From positions 39,286,788 to 39,350,787 of the forward strand of contig CM120640.1 in NCBI GenBank assembly GCA_051362555.1: a stretch of 64,000 nucleotides of DNA, read 5' to 3'. The translations under genes and the position numbers were made by a program. Positions 38,676-59,600 of this stretch are shown piece after piece. Positions within the stretch are counted from its first letter, which is position 1. The number at the start of each line of letters is the position of its first letter. The notes below the pieces were generated by a model. The model saw only the letters and a program-made list of their open reading frames with translations. It ran no database searches and had not been told where the DNA came from. The DNA is from Lingula anatina (lineage: Eukaryota > Animalia > Brachiopoda).

Positions 38676-40898
38676 ATGTCTGGTTGTATTGCTCCTTACT
38701 GTTAACCTTTTCTTTTCCATTTCTGCTTTCATTGCTCATGCTAATGTACAAGTAGTTATTTCTTATTTTATAAATAACGGCGAACCTTTCTGTCAATTCC
38801 CAACGCAAAACGGAACTAGTTACCGCCTTTCTGTTACGTTGTTGCTGTTGTTGTTGGCAAACTCATTTCCGTATTGTGCCATTAACTATAGCGCTTTCAA
38901 GTATGTTCTATTAATTGGTTCTCACCAATGAAAATGCCAATACAAGTTCTGAAAACGTCAACAAAAGAAACTAAAAATTACACTTAGCCTTAGGTTTGGG
39001 CGATTTTAGTCCATATAATGTTCATACCTCAGTTAAATGTGCTACTGTATCTTCTCTGTTGTACAATGCTTCCTGTTGTTCAAGCTTCCCCTTTCATTTG
39101 CAAAGGTTACATTATCATTTCGATCTTTTGCATGCGATATCTGTCTGCTTTTAGATACACGTTCGTCCCATGGCATCAGAACGCCCTCCCCAGCGTCCAA
39201 GGTGACCGACAGGTGTGAGTTCTCTTAACGACGAGGCGTCTGGCATGGAAATAAACACTTGGAAAGGATCCAACGGATCATCCCTATAAAGATATATTCG
39301 TTACTGGTGGCGCAACGAGGGGTGTGAAGTTGAATCATTTTGCATTTTACTGATAATACGTGTGCACTAAACAAAAATATGAACGCCCCACGTGATTTAT
39401 GTAAAATGCAATGGGCTACGGATAAAACCCACTTTGTATGATGAAATATATATTTATAACCCTTAACACTGTTTTTTTTTTCGTAGGGCGTTTATATTCT
39501 TGCTCGGAGTATGTTGCACAATTAGTTTTCTGGCAAAGTCAACAGACGCAATATATAAAGCATATGGCATGTTTGATTTAATGTCTTTTTAGTGGAGACT
39601 GGAAGAGCCATCGTAAATGAATCGATGACAAATTAATTACAAATGCTTCCAAGCCTGTGATAAAACGCTACGATAATAGGAACAACATAACGCCAATTCA
39701 TGTAAATCCGAGAATAGTTCCGTTTGGCTGTGTGACTAGTGGTTTTAAGACGTTTCACTTACGTATGCCTGAAGGAATGGGTGTTTTGTACTAAGTCCTC
39801 CACACGGGTCTCAGAGAATATTTAAACCTGCTTATTAACATTTTTCATATAGCGCACACAAAAATGAACACCGGGAAATCACATGATTCGTCATTGATTG
39901 GCAAAACACTTTATTACGACGCCTCCTACTGCACATTGTATATGATGGCAAGGATCCTTATGGCAATCCGGGGATACATCAATGTTTTTCTAAAAAACAT
40001 TTAAGAGTCCAAACGTGTGACCCTAGAAGATTATAAATAAAAAAGGGTTTTATGAATGTTTGTCCATACCTTGCTTTGATATGACGCTTGGTTTACTCTA
40101 GCAAACTGTTAACACAGATCTACATGTATTTCACGCATTAAAATGTATGATATAAATAAATAACTGTTCATGGCTCTCCAATACTGAGGTTGCCTTGTCT
40201 CTCAATCACAATATAAGTGTCACAATAACAATAAATAATAATAAATAATGATAACACGTCTACTATAAAATACAAATTAAATAAACATAAACATGCTAAT
40301 ATATCAAATTTGTGTACGAGGACCAAAGTAACGACAGCAATAAGCAATTTTAGTGTATTTGATTTTTAAACTGCATTTCGCAAAATTTCGCCATACACAA
40401 AATAATGTACTGGGAAGATCTAACAAACTAGATAACTGCTACAGTAAACTCTTATTTCAAGGAACCATTCACTACACAATTCTGTCATGGACTTCATCAG
40501 ATCTCTTGTTCGACTTACATACAACATTCATGTTTTGTGATAATATGCAGAAAGCTCATTTGAGCTAAAAAAAAATGTATGTTTGACCAATGTGAATAAA
40601 AACCTGAAACTGTAACATGACGACAAGCAACCAAAAGTTGCATTAGTAGGCTCAAGGTCAGTTTTAAGATTAGTTAGTTCCTGCTGCAGGGCAGCAACAC
40701 CTTCAATCTGATCTGGCACAAGCATCCTGATATCAAGACCTTGACTAGATGCAAAAGCACACAAATACCCCAGTACTGTGTACCAGTAACTGGTAAAATA
40801 ATATCCAAAAAGGCAGCTACCTTATCCATGCATGTAATGTTAAAACACTGAACATAAAAACTGTTCAGTAAAATAATTCAAATGTGGACAGTCATCCA

Positions 40899-47618
<6,720 letters not shown>

Positions 47619-48968
47619 ATTTTTCACATTAGAAGTAGAACTCCTAAATATAGCCAGGTTGGTTAAAATTACCAACCCGACGTCCACCATGTTTATTTAC
47701 ACTACATGCCCTTTCCTTCCTCTAAATATCAAAGATTCAATGCCAAATGGCAGGTGCACTTACTACCAGCTGCTCTGATACAATGTACTAATTACATCAT
47801 TACAGACTGATGGCAAATAGCTAATTGTTCAGTTTAGGTATAGGCGATAATTGGATTAAGTTTACTTAGGTGTGCAACAAAAGTTATGCAATATTTCTCA
47901 ATGACAAATGAAAAAATTGGTGATATTGCAAGGGAATTCTTGAATCAACGTCTAATAATTTTGCAATAATAGTTGGTTTAATTTGGGTGTAGCCTACTTC
48001 AACCACGCTGTACGAGTGAAGGTTATTCTGAAAACAGCTGGTACTATATGTATTTATAACCGGTATACCTACAAACATGTTGCTCAATGTAGGCCTTACA
48101 TGGGAATGAAAAATTGTGCATTTTTGCATATTACCTTCAAAGTATATGCCTGCATGCGGTAGATCTACTGTACAACCACACAGTGTGTGCTTTACATTAG
48201 GTAGAGTTCCATACAGATCATACGCGACACTTTGATAGAGACTAGGTGGTGTATAATGTTCTGCTTTATGTACATGTATAATTCACTGTTTGCCTCGGAG
48301 AGAGCCAGTTTAACTGAAACACGACGAACACTAATGAGGATGGCCCAAGCTTTTGTTATCATACAATCATAGGCACGAACCTACAAATTTTGGGGCAACT
48401 GCGGTTATTCAAACATTCTAACAAAGTTACTGTAACATTTGAAACAATTTTATTGCAAATATATCTATTTCACACAAGCAAAAACATAACAAGACGTGAG
48501 TTACTGGCAACAAATGTCACTGACATCCAGCCTCTTCAACTCAAAGTTAACACTAATTCGGAATGGAATGTTGCATTGCTTTCATGAAGTTTTCCCAGAC
48601 AAAATAACAAAAATCAACTTAATAAGCGTGGAATGATTATCAGCGCTACTGTGTAAAAATTAAAAGAAATAAAATATCAACATAACGTTTATGGCACTCT
48701 GAATAACCGTGAAGCCATTAGAGATGTGAAGGTAAAAAAGAGTGTTGCGCGCGATTGTCCATCCGCATTAAATCAGTAGGTAAACCCTCCACCTAAGTCC
48801 TTGATCCTCTTTTGTCGAAAAAAAAGTCGGATAAACGAAAGGAGTAAATTTTCATCCCCTCTCCACTTCTGAAAATCGTTGGTTCGATATTAAATTTCGT
48901 TGTCATCCATTTTGTACTTCCTTCGTCTTTTCATTTAATCACCCATTTGCGGATCAACTAACGTGCGT

Positions 48969-50628
48969 TCACCATTTTGGTGTGGGTGTAGATCTCCTAC
49001 TGGAGCCGGGCCGGTAGCGGTGGCACTCACAGTCACGGTAGCGGAATATTTTAAAACAGTGGTCTCCGTTGGTGCTGTACTCGGTGACAACTAAATGTCC
49101 CTCCGGGCCGATGGCGCACGTCTGAACAGACCCTGTCAAATCCGGTGGCCCCACAATTTGGAGAAGTAATTGGCCTCTTTCAGAATACACATTTACGGTG
49201 TGGTTCAACCTGTCTGCAATAAGAATCTGCCCGAGTGGGTTCAGACAAACTCCAGCTGGAACGGCCGCGAGCCCGTCGCCGTTAGCTTCTGTGCGGAACT
49301 GGTAGAGGAGATCTCCAGCGTAGCTGTATGTCCTTACGCGACAAGTGACCGAGTCGCACAGAACCACCTCGTTTTTATTATTTACGGCTACGTGAATGGG
49401 GGAGCCCGACATGGATGTTTTAGGCGGTTTCCCACCAACTTCGAATCTACTCAAGAGCTTGCCACCACGCCTGTACACTTCAACAGTTCTGGAGGCAGTA
49501 CCGACCACGGTGTTATAATATGTATCACAGGCAACGCTATATGGTTCATCCACAGTTGGAAATGAATACTTAAATCGACCTTCGAGTGTCAATACCTGAA
49601 TTCGCTTATTCTTTTTATCGGCGACAGCGATGGTTTGGTTGGGGAATACGGACACTCCCGTTGGCTCGTTGAATTGTCCTTCCCCGCTGCCCAGACTGCC
49701 AAAAGAAGATTTAAACACACCAAAGTTGTTGAAGATTTGAATGCGGTGATTCATGGTGTCGGCAATGACGATGTCGCGATCGTCCGTGATAGTAAGGCCT
49801 CTTGGGTAGCTGAATTCTCCCTTACCACGCCCTCTAACACCGACATTGAAGAGCAGTTTCTGCGGCCTGAAAAAATGTAAATATAAAAAACGATTAAAAA
49901 ACTTCATAAAATATTCTTACGCTAATTTTCCCTATATTAATTAAAACATCTTATGTGGGACAAGAGCTGATCATAATCAAGTATCCCAACATCAAGATAC
50001 GAGACTCCATGGAAATTTAGGTGACTACAATTATAAACAATATTCGAATAAAACTCATGAAATCTACTGACATTATCTAAATAACGTTATTAAATTGAAT
50101 TAAACAAACAAGTCAACAAAAACAAAGCTTAGGTCTCAGGATTCTTGAAGTTAGTTATTAATTCTTTCAAAGTCGGACAAAATTAGTTGTAGCATCATCG
50201 AAGCACTGACAAGAAATCATATCCCATACTCATATTCAAAACATAAGAATTATATATGCACTAACTACTAAAATAACCACTTATCAGTACCTACTGACTA
50301 AACTACAATAGCTCTGGAAATATAAAGGCAAAGTCTGGAAGAGAATTCGAAGTAGATACATGTAGATAAAAGTTGGAGAGGGGTGATGTCCGTTGCATCC
50401 AAGAAACAAGACGACCGTCACTTTTTACAAAAGAAACTAATCTAACTGGTCTTACAACGTTTGTAAACACATCTTTTGCTTTTCTCTTTGATCAAAAAGC
50501 ATGCAGGTGGTGGTTTACAAACAAGGTAAGAAATAAAACCAACAAGTGTGTTGCAAAATTGATTTTGATTTAATGTGACAGAAACCCCGAGGTCACATTA
50601 CCTACTTTTGACAAAATTCACCATTTAA

Positions 50629-50673
<45 letters not shown>

Positions 50674-51531
50674 AGGAATAAACTGGCTACATTTTCTGTT
50701 GTTAGATAAACCAGAATTTGGCAACACACTTTTCACCCATTCTATTAATTTTTACCTCCACGAGTACGGGCGAAAAAACCTGAAATTATAATCGTTATTG
50801 TTTTGTGAAATTAATGTGCAGTGCGTATGGTGTTTTGTTTTTTTCATGCAATGATACTTGTCATAAGTATTCTTACTTCATTCACATGCGTGCAATTCAA
50901 AGCAAATAACCAAGCATTGCTATAAAAAGCAGTGACATGTTGTACATTAAAATGTGAAATAAAAATCGGTCACATTACAATGAATCAAGTTGTGATAAAT
51001 GCGTTAGATGTGCCATGCTTGTGCTGTTAACGTGCATAAAACACTGTGACCTGTTTGTCTTGAAGGTATGCTCAATAAAATTATTTGTTACATATATTAA
51101 TGCATTGTTTTTTTATGGTTGGTTATATTGGCCCACCAATCATAATTTAACAGATCAAACGACATGCCCTAGAGGTATGCGCATATCTGGTTCATATCCT
51201 AAAGGTAGGTGCAGATATTTAATAGTCTGTGAAATATGCATTTTGAAATTCTAGTCGATGAAAGATACTGACTTTTTCATGCCTTCCTCTTCTTTCTCTT
51301 TAGCATTCAGTTCCCTCTGGCTGCGGGCAGTGTCGCTCAGACCGCGTGTTAACAGGTACGCCTCCCACAGTTTTGAGTCTGTGTACGCCTTTACCACGGG
51401 CTCTCGGCAATCGTGAACTGAAACAATCAAATGAGATAGAACCCTCTCTATTTCTCTTCCTCTCTCCCTCTCTATTTAAAGAACTATGTAATATAGTAAG
51501 TTCGTTCTCCCTCTCTCTCTCCTCTCTCTCT

Positions 51532-51603
<72 letters not shown>

Positions 51604-52008
51604 GCCGATATTTCATGACATCATACTTGCATGCGATTTAATTTTATTTAAACTGAACAAACCAATTCTGCTTTGAAATAGGACGAAACATTATCTTCCC
51701 AGGTAGGCTCATAGTATTTTTATATTAGTCAAGATGATTGGGTCTTATCTTTTTCGTTATGTTCATGTATAAAACAAAAAACAAAAAAAAACTGTTATTC
51801 CAGATAACTTAAAAATTGACCAACAACACTGAAACCAAAACTAGACGTGACAGGAGTCCATGGTCCACTTACCAAGCGCTCTTTCTGCTTTAAAGACGTG
51901 TGGAGCACTGTTCCTGTACAGGTCTTTGTACGACGAACTGACGGTACGCAGGTCTGTCTGGGTGAAGCCATACCCATACATGCGGTATTTGGACAAAAAG
52001 TCCACCAT
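48969..52008 (-). CDS. NHL-repeat beta-propeller protein (~400 aa) lacking RING/B-box
   Basis: Predicted exons 52008-51873, 51417-51273, 50779-50756 (24-nt microexon), 49866-48969; 1203 nt in frame. NHL repeats GEFSYPRGL..IADTMNHRIQIF and GQFNEPTGV..VADKKNKRIQV. An upstream exon ending at 52431 has an in-frame stop. The NHL exon is secure; the N-terminal exons are less so. Confidence 0.82.
50629..50672. repeat. Poly-A tract
   Basis: About 43 consecutive A. Confidence 0.95.
51505..51600. repeat. Compound (CT)n(GT)n(GA)n microsatellite
   Basis: Directly visible in the sequence. Confidence 0.95.
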
Positions 52009-52495
52009 CGTGCCTACCCTGAAAAAAATATCTTCATCGTGCCAATATTAATTTCTTCTTTAGCCAATTCTCCACCCCACCTCTCCACATCCAACTTAGG
52101 CCTACTTAATTTCAAATTAGGCCCTAAAATGGGAATTACAATTAGGCCTATCTTTTGGCTACTTAGTAGAGATTGTTCTACACTGGATTATTTTTCATAC
52201 TAGCTTATACTAAAATATTTCGTAGTAAGACCCAAAATATGTTAACGATATTCTAACGTCAAAGGTAGCTAGGTCTTCATTTGGGCTATTAGTAGGCCAC
52301 CTCCAGTACACAGAGAGAAGGTAAATAATAGGAGCTTGGTCTTGTACGGCTTGTCATTTAGCTTACAGTGAATAAATCATATAACAAACTTATGAATAAA
52401 GTTTTATGGTGTCAACACAATAAAACTCACCTTGTGCTCTCCTGCACTCCGTGTAGTTAATCTGAACTCAGTCGGGGCAACACTAGTTTATGTGC

Positions 52496-52530
52496 GCCGC
52501 CATCTTGCCAACCCTTAGCAACGCGTAACT
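52496..52530 (-). promoter_or_regulatory. Putative NHL-gene core promoter with YY1 motif and RFX X-box-like site
   Basis: Minus strand reads GTTGCTAAGGGTTGG-CAAGATGGCGGC. CAAGATGGCGGC is the YY1 consensus; GTTGCTAAGG resembles an RFX site. It lies just upstream of the AAG|GTGAG donor at 52431. Confidence 0.55.
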
Positions 52531-53901
52531 AAGAACGCCGGATTAAAGGGCTATCAGCAAAAGCGTACATTACTCTTGACTGTAAATGAGCAAGAAGGTT
52601 TTAATAATTTACTCGAGTAAGCGGGTGCAAATTAAAATGCTAAACGAACCATATACTTATATCTGTATAGTATAGGGCATTTGTTTTGGAATAGACATAT
52701 TTAGGCCTACCTAGGCCTACATGTATATCCACCTAATTTTTGAAAGTGTCTAGGTACTAGGTACTAGAAGTAATAAACGAGACTGAAATAATTTTAAATC
52801 ATCCGAGGTCGTTTTTTTTCTGAAGACAACATAAATCTTGCCGGCCTATGGAGATTCTAATTACGTGACTAACTGTCTGTGAAAAAAAAATGGCCTACTG
52901 TATTTAATGGGTAGGCCTATTTGCCCATAAAACAACATTTGCTTTTAACCTGCTTTAATTCGTTAAGTTAAGACTTCAATCCCAAGTTACCGTTAGAAAA
53001 GAGAATATTCTTTCCGTGTCAGTTGTCGGTGAGTTATCGCTTGCACCCTCCAAAAGATTACTTTACGTCGACAATCTACCAGTAGGCCTATCATAACCTA
53101 GCTTGCATCTCAATCCAGAGGCTCAATTTTTCGCATGGACAACCTACTGTCACTACTGTAGCCGAATATCTCACATAGGCCAATATATAGGTCTCTATTG
53201 CTTCATTAAAGATAAATTCCCTGGACTTAATATGCAAGCGGTAATTTTAATGGGAAGAAGCAAAAGGTGTGCCTTTTTATGTACATACGTCAGGCAAAAC
53301 ATGAAAAAAAAAATGATTGAGAGGAAAGCCGATGCTCAATTTTCATTCAGCAGGCTTCTCCGGTTATCTTGCATTTCATTCTTAACTGAACGTTATGGTC
53401 CGTGTGTCCTGAAACCGCATTTCACATCATATTACTGAGAATCAATACCCAACCGACACATTTCCATGTACAACCAAACACGTACTGTGGAGAAGGCTTA
53501 AAACGCCAGTGAGGTCACGTGACGGCCTGAATACCTTTGACCCCGCAACACTCACCTGTGCGGATATTGTATGCATTCAACAGAGCGCTTAATCCTTACA
53601 CTGGTGCCTTTGTTGTGTCAGTCATCGCCCGCTGGTACTTCCTATTAAGCGTCATTGGAACATTGTCTCTCGGGGTGAAGTAATATAGGGTAAATTTAAG
53701 GTGGACTGTGTATTATCATATACACCACCCTAGCTAATATCCACCTAGCGTTCATAGCGGAATAGTCAAGTGCCGCCGATTACTCATCACGATAGCGTGG
53801 GTTCGCCGGTGCGTCCTGACGCTCACTGTACACACAGAGACGACAGAGGCTTGAGTTTCGGAGACCAGCAAAGCACAATTTACTTCGCCAATACAGCAAT
53901 C

Positions 53902-56644
53902 ATGGACAGTAAAATAACTACTTTACTGGGAATTGTCAGCATATTGCTATGTGTTGTCCTCGGGGACGAGACCTTGAAGACAGTCGACGAGAAAGCGCCC
54001 GTTAAAGCTAAAACGTAAGTACCTGTACATGTACCAGCGACTAGTAAAGACGTGTCACCTATTTCTATTGTCACACTATCTGCTTTATTTTGTGTTGACA
54101 GACACTCTGGGTTTGGGGACATGTGCATCCAGTCTGAATGATGACTATATCTAGAAAACGTGAAAGGTCTGTTCCATGAAGCAATTTCATAGACTATAAT
54201 TCCTAGGTTTCAGTTACGGCCTTGACATTACTACACAGGTTTAAAGAACTCAATACGTCGCGCTGTGACATATAGAAAACTGTTTATATACCAAGGGAAT
54301 ATCTCCTCTACGTTGCATACGTCTACCCATTAGGTAATCCTCTTTTGCCGCCCCCACGGGAAGATAAAAAGCGCAAAAAAATGATTGGCCAACATAAGTG
54401 CATTGGCTCGGCGTTCGTGAAGGGATACGTGTTATCTCAAAATGTACATTTCTCTTTAAAAGGAAATAGGTCTTTTTTGTTTGTTATCCAGCCGACCTAG
54501 CATGATTGAATGTAAATTTATCAGACACACAGCAGACTGTTAGGGTTCCGACATTTGCGACGAGGAGGTCGGGCACAAAGTAAAAAACAAGATGTCCTTA
54601 TGACGAGACGAGCACTGAAATATTACGTAAAATTAATTTAAACTATGTGAAGCTCAAACCAATGACAATGGACCTTTACGTGCTTCAGCACATGGAAATA
54701 TCGTAAAATGATAGAAACCATACAGATTTGCAAAGCTAAGATGTTGGCATTTCTTTGTTTCCAATGCTAACTCTTTCCGAAGAATTGGCATATTCAGTCC
54801 ACTAGTGCCGGCAATGGTCTACACTTCTACAATATACCAATACTGTATTGGTTTGCACGTTTCTGTGAGCATTTTGTAATCAAATCATCCATATAAATAA
54901 GTAAAGATAATTCACCTTCAACTCCGCAATATTCGGTAAAATGACAAAATCCTTACCACAGAACATGACGTTTGTTTGTTACTAATTTAAAAAAAGTGAC
55001 CACGTGCTTAAACTAAGAGAGACGCAAAAGGAGTTGATTAGATATCTGGCACCGACAATCATTTGGTTATATCTTGTTTAATATAGTGTGTTTTTGTAAT
55101 TTCCTGGCGTGCGTTGACGTTAACGGCACATATTGCCTTTAATGCAGTGACATTTTATAGCACTTACATGGATATCAGAAAGAAGACAAAAATGTTCACG
55201 CTCGTGTGGAACCGAAAAATTAATCACTTTTCATATATCATGAAGACGGAAAGACAAAAAAGCTTTAATGTTGTCTCATCACGTTCACGTTTGCTTTGTC
55301 CATTAAGTTGCTGGTTTGTGGACTGAGGAAACATTAACGTGTGTAAATGTTGTTTAAAACATCGATGGACAATATTAACGTCTGCACGCCAAACTGACCG
55401 CGCTTCCAAACCACAAACGTCTAATGTGCAGCACGAACGCACATTGTTGTTTACCCTAGGCATCAATTATTCTCTCTATACCGCATAAAATCCAACTCGT
55501 TATGAGATCGAAATACTTAGCTATTATTTTGGGCTGTAAAGTGTCGTCATATAACTCTATAAATGAGTGCTGGACAATTACTTGGCCGATAAGCATTGAT
55601 CGAGAAAATAAATTTATTAACTGGGATGCCCATTGTTGTCGTAGACAGCAACGCACTGTGGCAACGATTTCTGCAAGCACATTATCAATTAAAATGTTTA
55701 TGAAAACCAGCTTTTCTGTTGAAGATCGAATGGCAGAATCTATTGAACACACACACGTATTAAGTTGGTATCTTAGTATTGTGCTATCGTTTTGTCCGTG
55801 TGCACTCTGACCATATGGTACACGTGTTGACATTCGATTTCTTGACACAATGATTCCACAGATGTCAGTTAAATTCATAGGAGAATAGTTTTGATGTATG
55901 GTCCATCCTCTGAATGGGCGTGCAGCCAAAACAACTGAGAACAAACAGAGAACACTCTGGGACTTACGAATCTGACACCAGAATGGTTGTGTCACTACAA
56001 AAAGATGGTTAAACAGTGACAATATTAAATAACATTATCGCTATAAATAAGTGAATACGCCGCTTTTTTATATCTTTAAATTATTCATTTTCAACTTTCA
56101 AAACTGACATTTTCGTCTTGTGAAGGGCTTTGTTTCATGGCAAGAGCTATATTGTTTGTTGACTCACATCTTTGTATGCTAGCTGTATGCAGCATCATGT
56201 TACTCCATTATTCAAATTTCTTACTAATTATGTTAATCGGAAAAATACCCCAGGGAGGCAATTCAAATACATGATCACACAGAAAAGTGTTCTCTGGACG
56301 CAAAACTAGAGCTACTGGGAACACATCAGGTTACTAGATTTGACATTAAACTGCGAGCGATAGACGACGAATGATGATCTCAAGTGACAAACACATGCTG
56401 CTGCTAGCACGCAAGCTGTCCCCTTTTACCTAAGCGTACTTGTCCGACTTGCGTTTTCTATCTTTTGTTTTTGGTTTTATTATGGAAATGTTTCTTTGTA
56501 GCATTTATCTTTCATTTTTGTTTGTGAAGCGTGATGTTTGCTTTGCGTTTTTATTTTTAATAAATCACATTTTCAGTTTCTATCAACTGGTTTATTTACT
56601 ATATATGCATACATAATTTTTTGCGTAAATTATTCGACTGCCAT

Positions 56645-56686
<42 letters not shown>

Positions 56687-59600
56687 ATCACGTCTCTGCG
56701 GTCTCTAAGGTACTTCAACCCTTATCAGTTATGTTAACCTTAGTGATTTGGCTCCTATCACATTGACAGTCCTGGCTACACACATTTAACGCGTGGGCAT
56801 CTATATTTGAGAGTCGGTAATCATTATCCATGGTGATCTAATATTAGTTGATTGTCATCAGCTTTATCTGACCTCTTTTGTACATGACTGTAGTACAAGT
56901 GGCACAAGTGCTGTGTAAAATGTGCTCTTTAACATGTCAGTTTTGAACTAAGTCCCATCTTTCTGCAGTTCGGCAGATGGACACCTTTAAAACCACGGAT
57001 GTATCGGAAATATTCCAAACATGATTCACTAGGTATATGCATCAATTTACACAAGTATTCACTTTGTGTACTGAATGTGACCCATGAATCCAGGATATGC
57101 GACATTCCACGTTATTTCTCAATATTCGAACTCCATTCGCCAACACACAGTTCAACAGAGCGATATCATGACGCACCTTTTGCGGTCGTACTTCCATTCG
57201 GCACTATTGTTACCCAAATTTACTAAAACTGTCAATAAAATGAATCACAGCTTATCCCCGTCCCCATAAATAGTTAATTACTCTGAGCTCATTAATAAAC
57301 ATGGTTCTTTAATATATCCAATATGGCACACTGCCTATATGCACTGTGTTAGGGTGTGTCAAATATGCCATAAAGTTATATTGGCAATTATATTGAATGT
57401 GTGTTTTCTGAGTGCACATTGTATAAAGTCTTGCTGTCTTAGTTCCAATATTCATAATATTCAAAAATTGGATGCTTTAAAAACTTTGGAAAAATCGCAC
57501 GATGTGAATGATATTTTCCCTTGAGCATGTCAGGGCGTTGAGATCCTGTTCAAAAATTAATATTGTCTTGCGACAACGAAGATATTTAACCTTTAGATCA
57601 GGGTAGGTTGTAATGCAAAGCGTAACAGTCCGCTAGTGATGATGGAAAGATCGATAACTTTTACGCTATCACTTAACGTGGCCAAATGTACAGTGACGCC
57701 AGATATACTTTAAAGCCTGTGATCGCCAGAGACATAAAACGATCTTCAAAATATCAGGCCGTTTTCCTTATCACATATATAGATACATTAAACCAATGCT
57801 CGTCTTGTGTTTGGCCAACTCCGTCCGCAGCATGTTGGCCCTCCAGTATCTCTGTCTTTTTTCAGATACACGTAAATATACTCCCTATATAAATGCCTTT
57901 GTACTCAAAGTATACTTTCTACATGTAAAAAGATCATTTGGAAGCAGAGATGCACTGTGAAATGTGCTAGTGACAATTTTTTTTTTATGAAAACGTGATA
58001 TCATTACCCTCTACCAGGGCTGCAGATTAATGATGTGCATTTTTCTCCAGCAGAGAATCGTGTCATAAATTAGCTAGAGGCATATCTATGAATATCTAGA
58101 AAAAAATCCTGGTTAACTCTGGTTGAGGGTATGATATCGTGACGGTTCCACAAACTGGCTACACTGAGTGATGTCGCTTTGTAATATACGATGTATAATG
58201 TTTCCTAGTTAGCGAAGACATGACAAAAAATATGCAAATCAAAGGAGGGTTGAGCAGTCTGATCATTGATCAAACATCAATCGATATGACCGCTTCCACT
58301 CTCTTTACATTAGTTTCATCGTATAATCACGGCAAACGACTAAGTAGAAATTTTGTATTTTCACCATCCCAATATAAAAATATAAAATGCTGACACCAGA
58401 GCAATGAAATATGACGATAGACCCAGATTTGCATGGGTCTTAACAACAGCCACTTCTTTGCGCAAACGAAAAATGCGGGTAAGATGAACTCCGTGTGAAC
58501 TTCAGCAGATTATGAAGGAAAGTTAACACGTTGATTGCATACTCAATACATTTCAATCATTCTTCCAGCACTTAACGCATCCTCGACTTGCCTTCTGTAA
58601 GTTAAAGGTGAGTCACCACCAGCATCCATTGATTCCAGGGTCGTTTCATTGGCCTTCTCGGATAACCAGACAAGCCTGTGCTAACCAATCCCCTGTAGTC
58701 AATATTGCGAAACGGACAAACTGCACTAGTCATATACAGTTTTATTCAGTGAGAGAAAATTTAAAAAAAGCATTCCCCTCTTAGTATTTTTTTTTCTAAC
58801 TGAAACAAAAATATTTTCTCAATTTTATTGTATCTTTAAAACAATTGGAGATTAAGAGTAGCTGTGAAATTATCAAAATAACAATCCACTACATGCTCAT
58901 TTAATCTATTTCGAATTAAGCCTTCTCCCTTCAACCCAAGCACTTTCAGAAAAAAAATTCTATCATGCTATAAGACAAATGGTAGTAAAAGTATGACGGC
59001 AAGTCATTGCGTTGTGACAAATGTTATTTCCATTTTTGTTTTCGTCGAAAAATCTTTGCAGGTAATTTTCTGACAAACGAGGACGCATGCGCCAAACTAA
59101 ACCATTTACGTGCTGTTAAATGGGTGTCTGAATTCCAAATTATTAATTAGAATATATTCATGAATCACTTTCTCTTTCAAGTAAATGGAAAATTCGTTTA
59201 ACATGCTACGTGCCATTTTGACGGAAAGCTCTCAAAGCCTTCCGTGCTAACATTTACAGAAAAATATGAAAACCGTGGTATCTCAAGCCTTAAATTTATG
59301 TGGTTAGTTAGACTCCAGATAAGTGATCTCGGTAGTACAATCATTTGTATCCTCTGTAACCATTCCCTCGTGTGTTATTTTGAGAACGGCATAGAGCATT
59401 TTAATAGATATGTTTTAACAGAACCACTACTTAGCTTTAATTCGTGCATAGTCAGACTACAAAAGCCTATATCTTAAATCGTTGTCAGATAATGTCAATT
59501 AAAAATATATATCTTTTAAATAAAATCTCTTACTTAATGGATAACCATGCATTGAGCCACGTTCTATCTACCTTGCCCATCACGACATGTAGTTTGTTGT

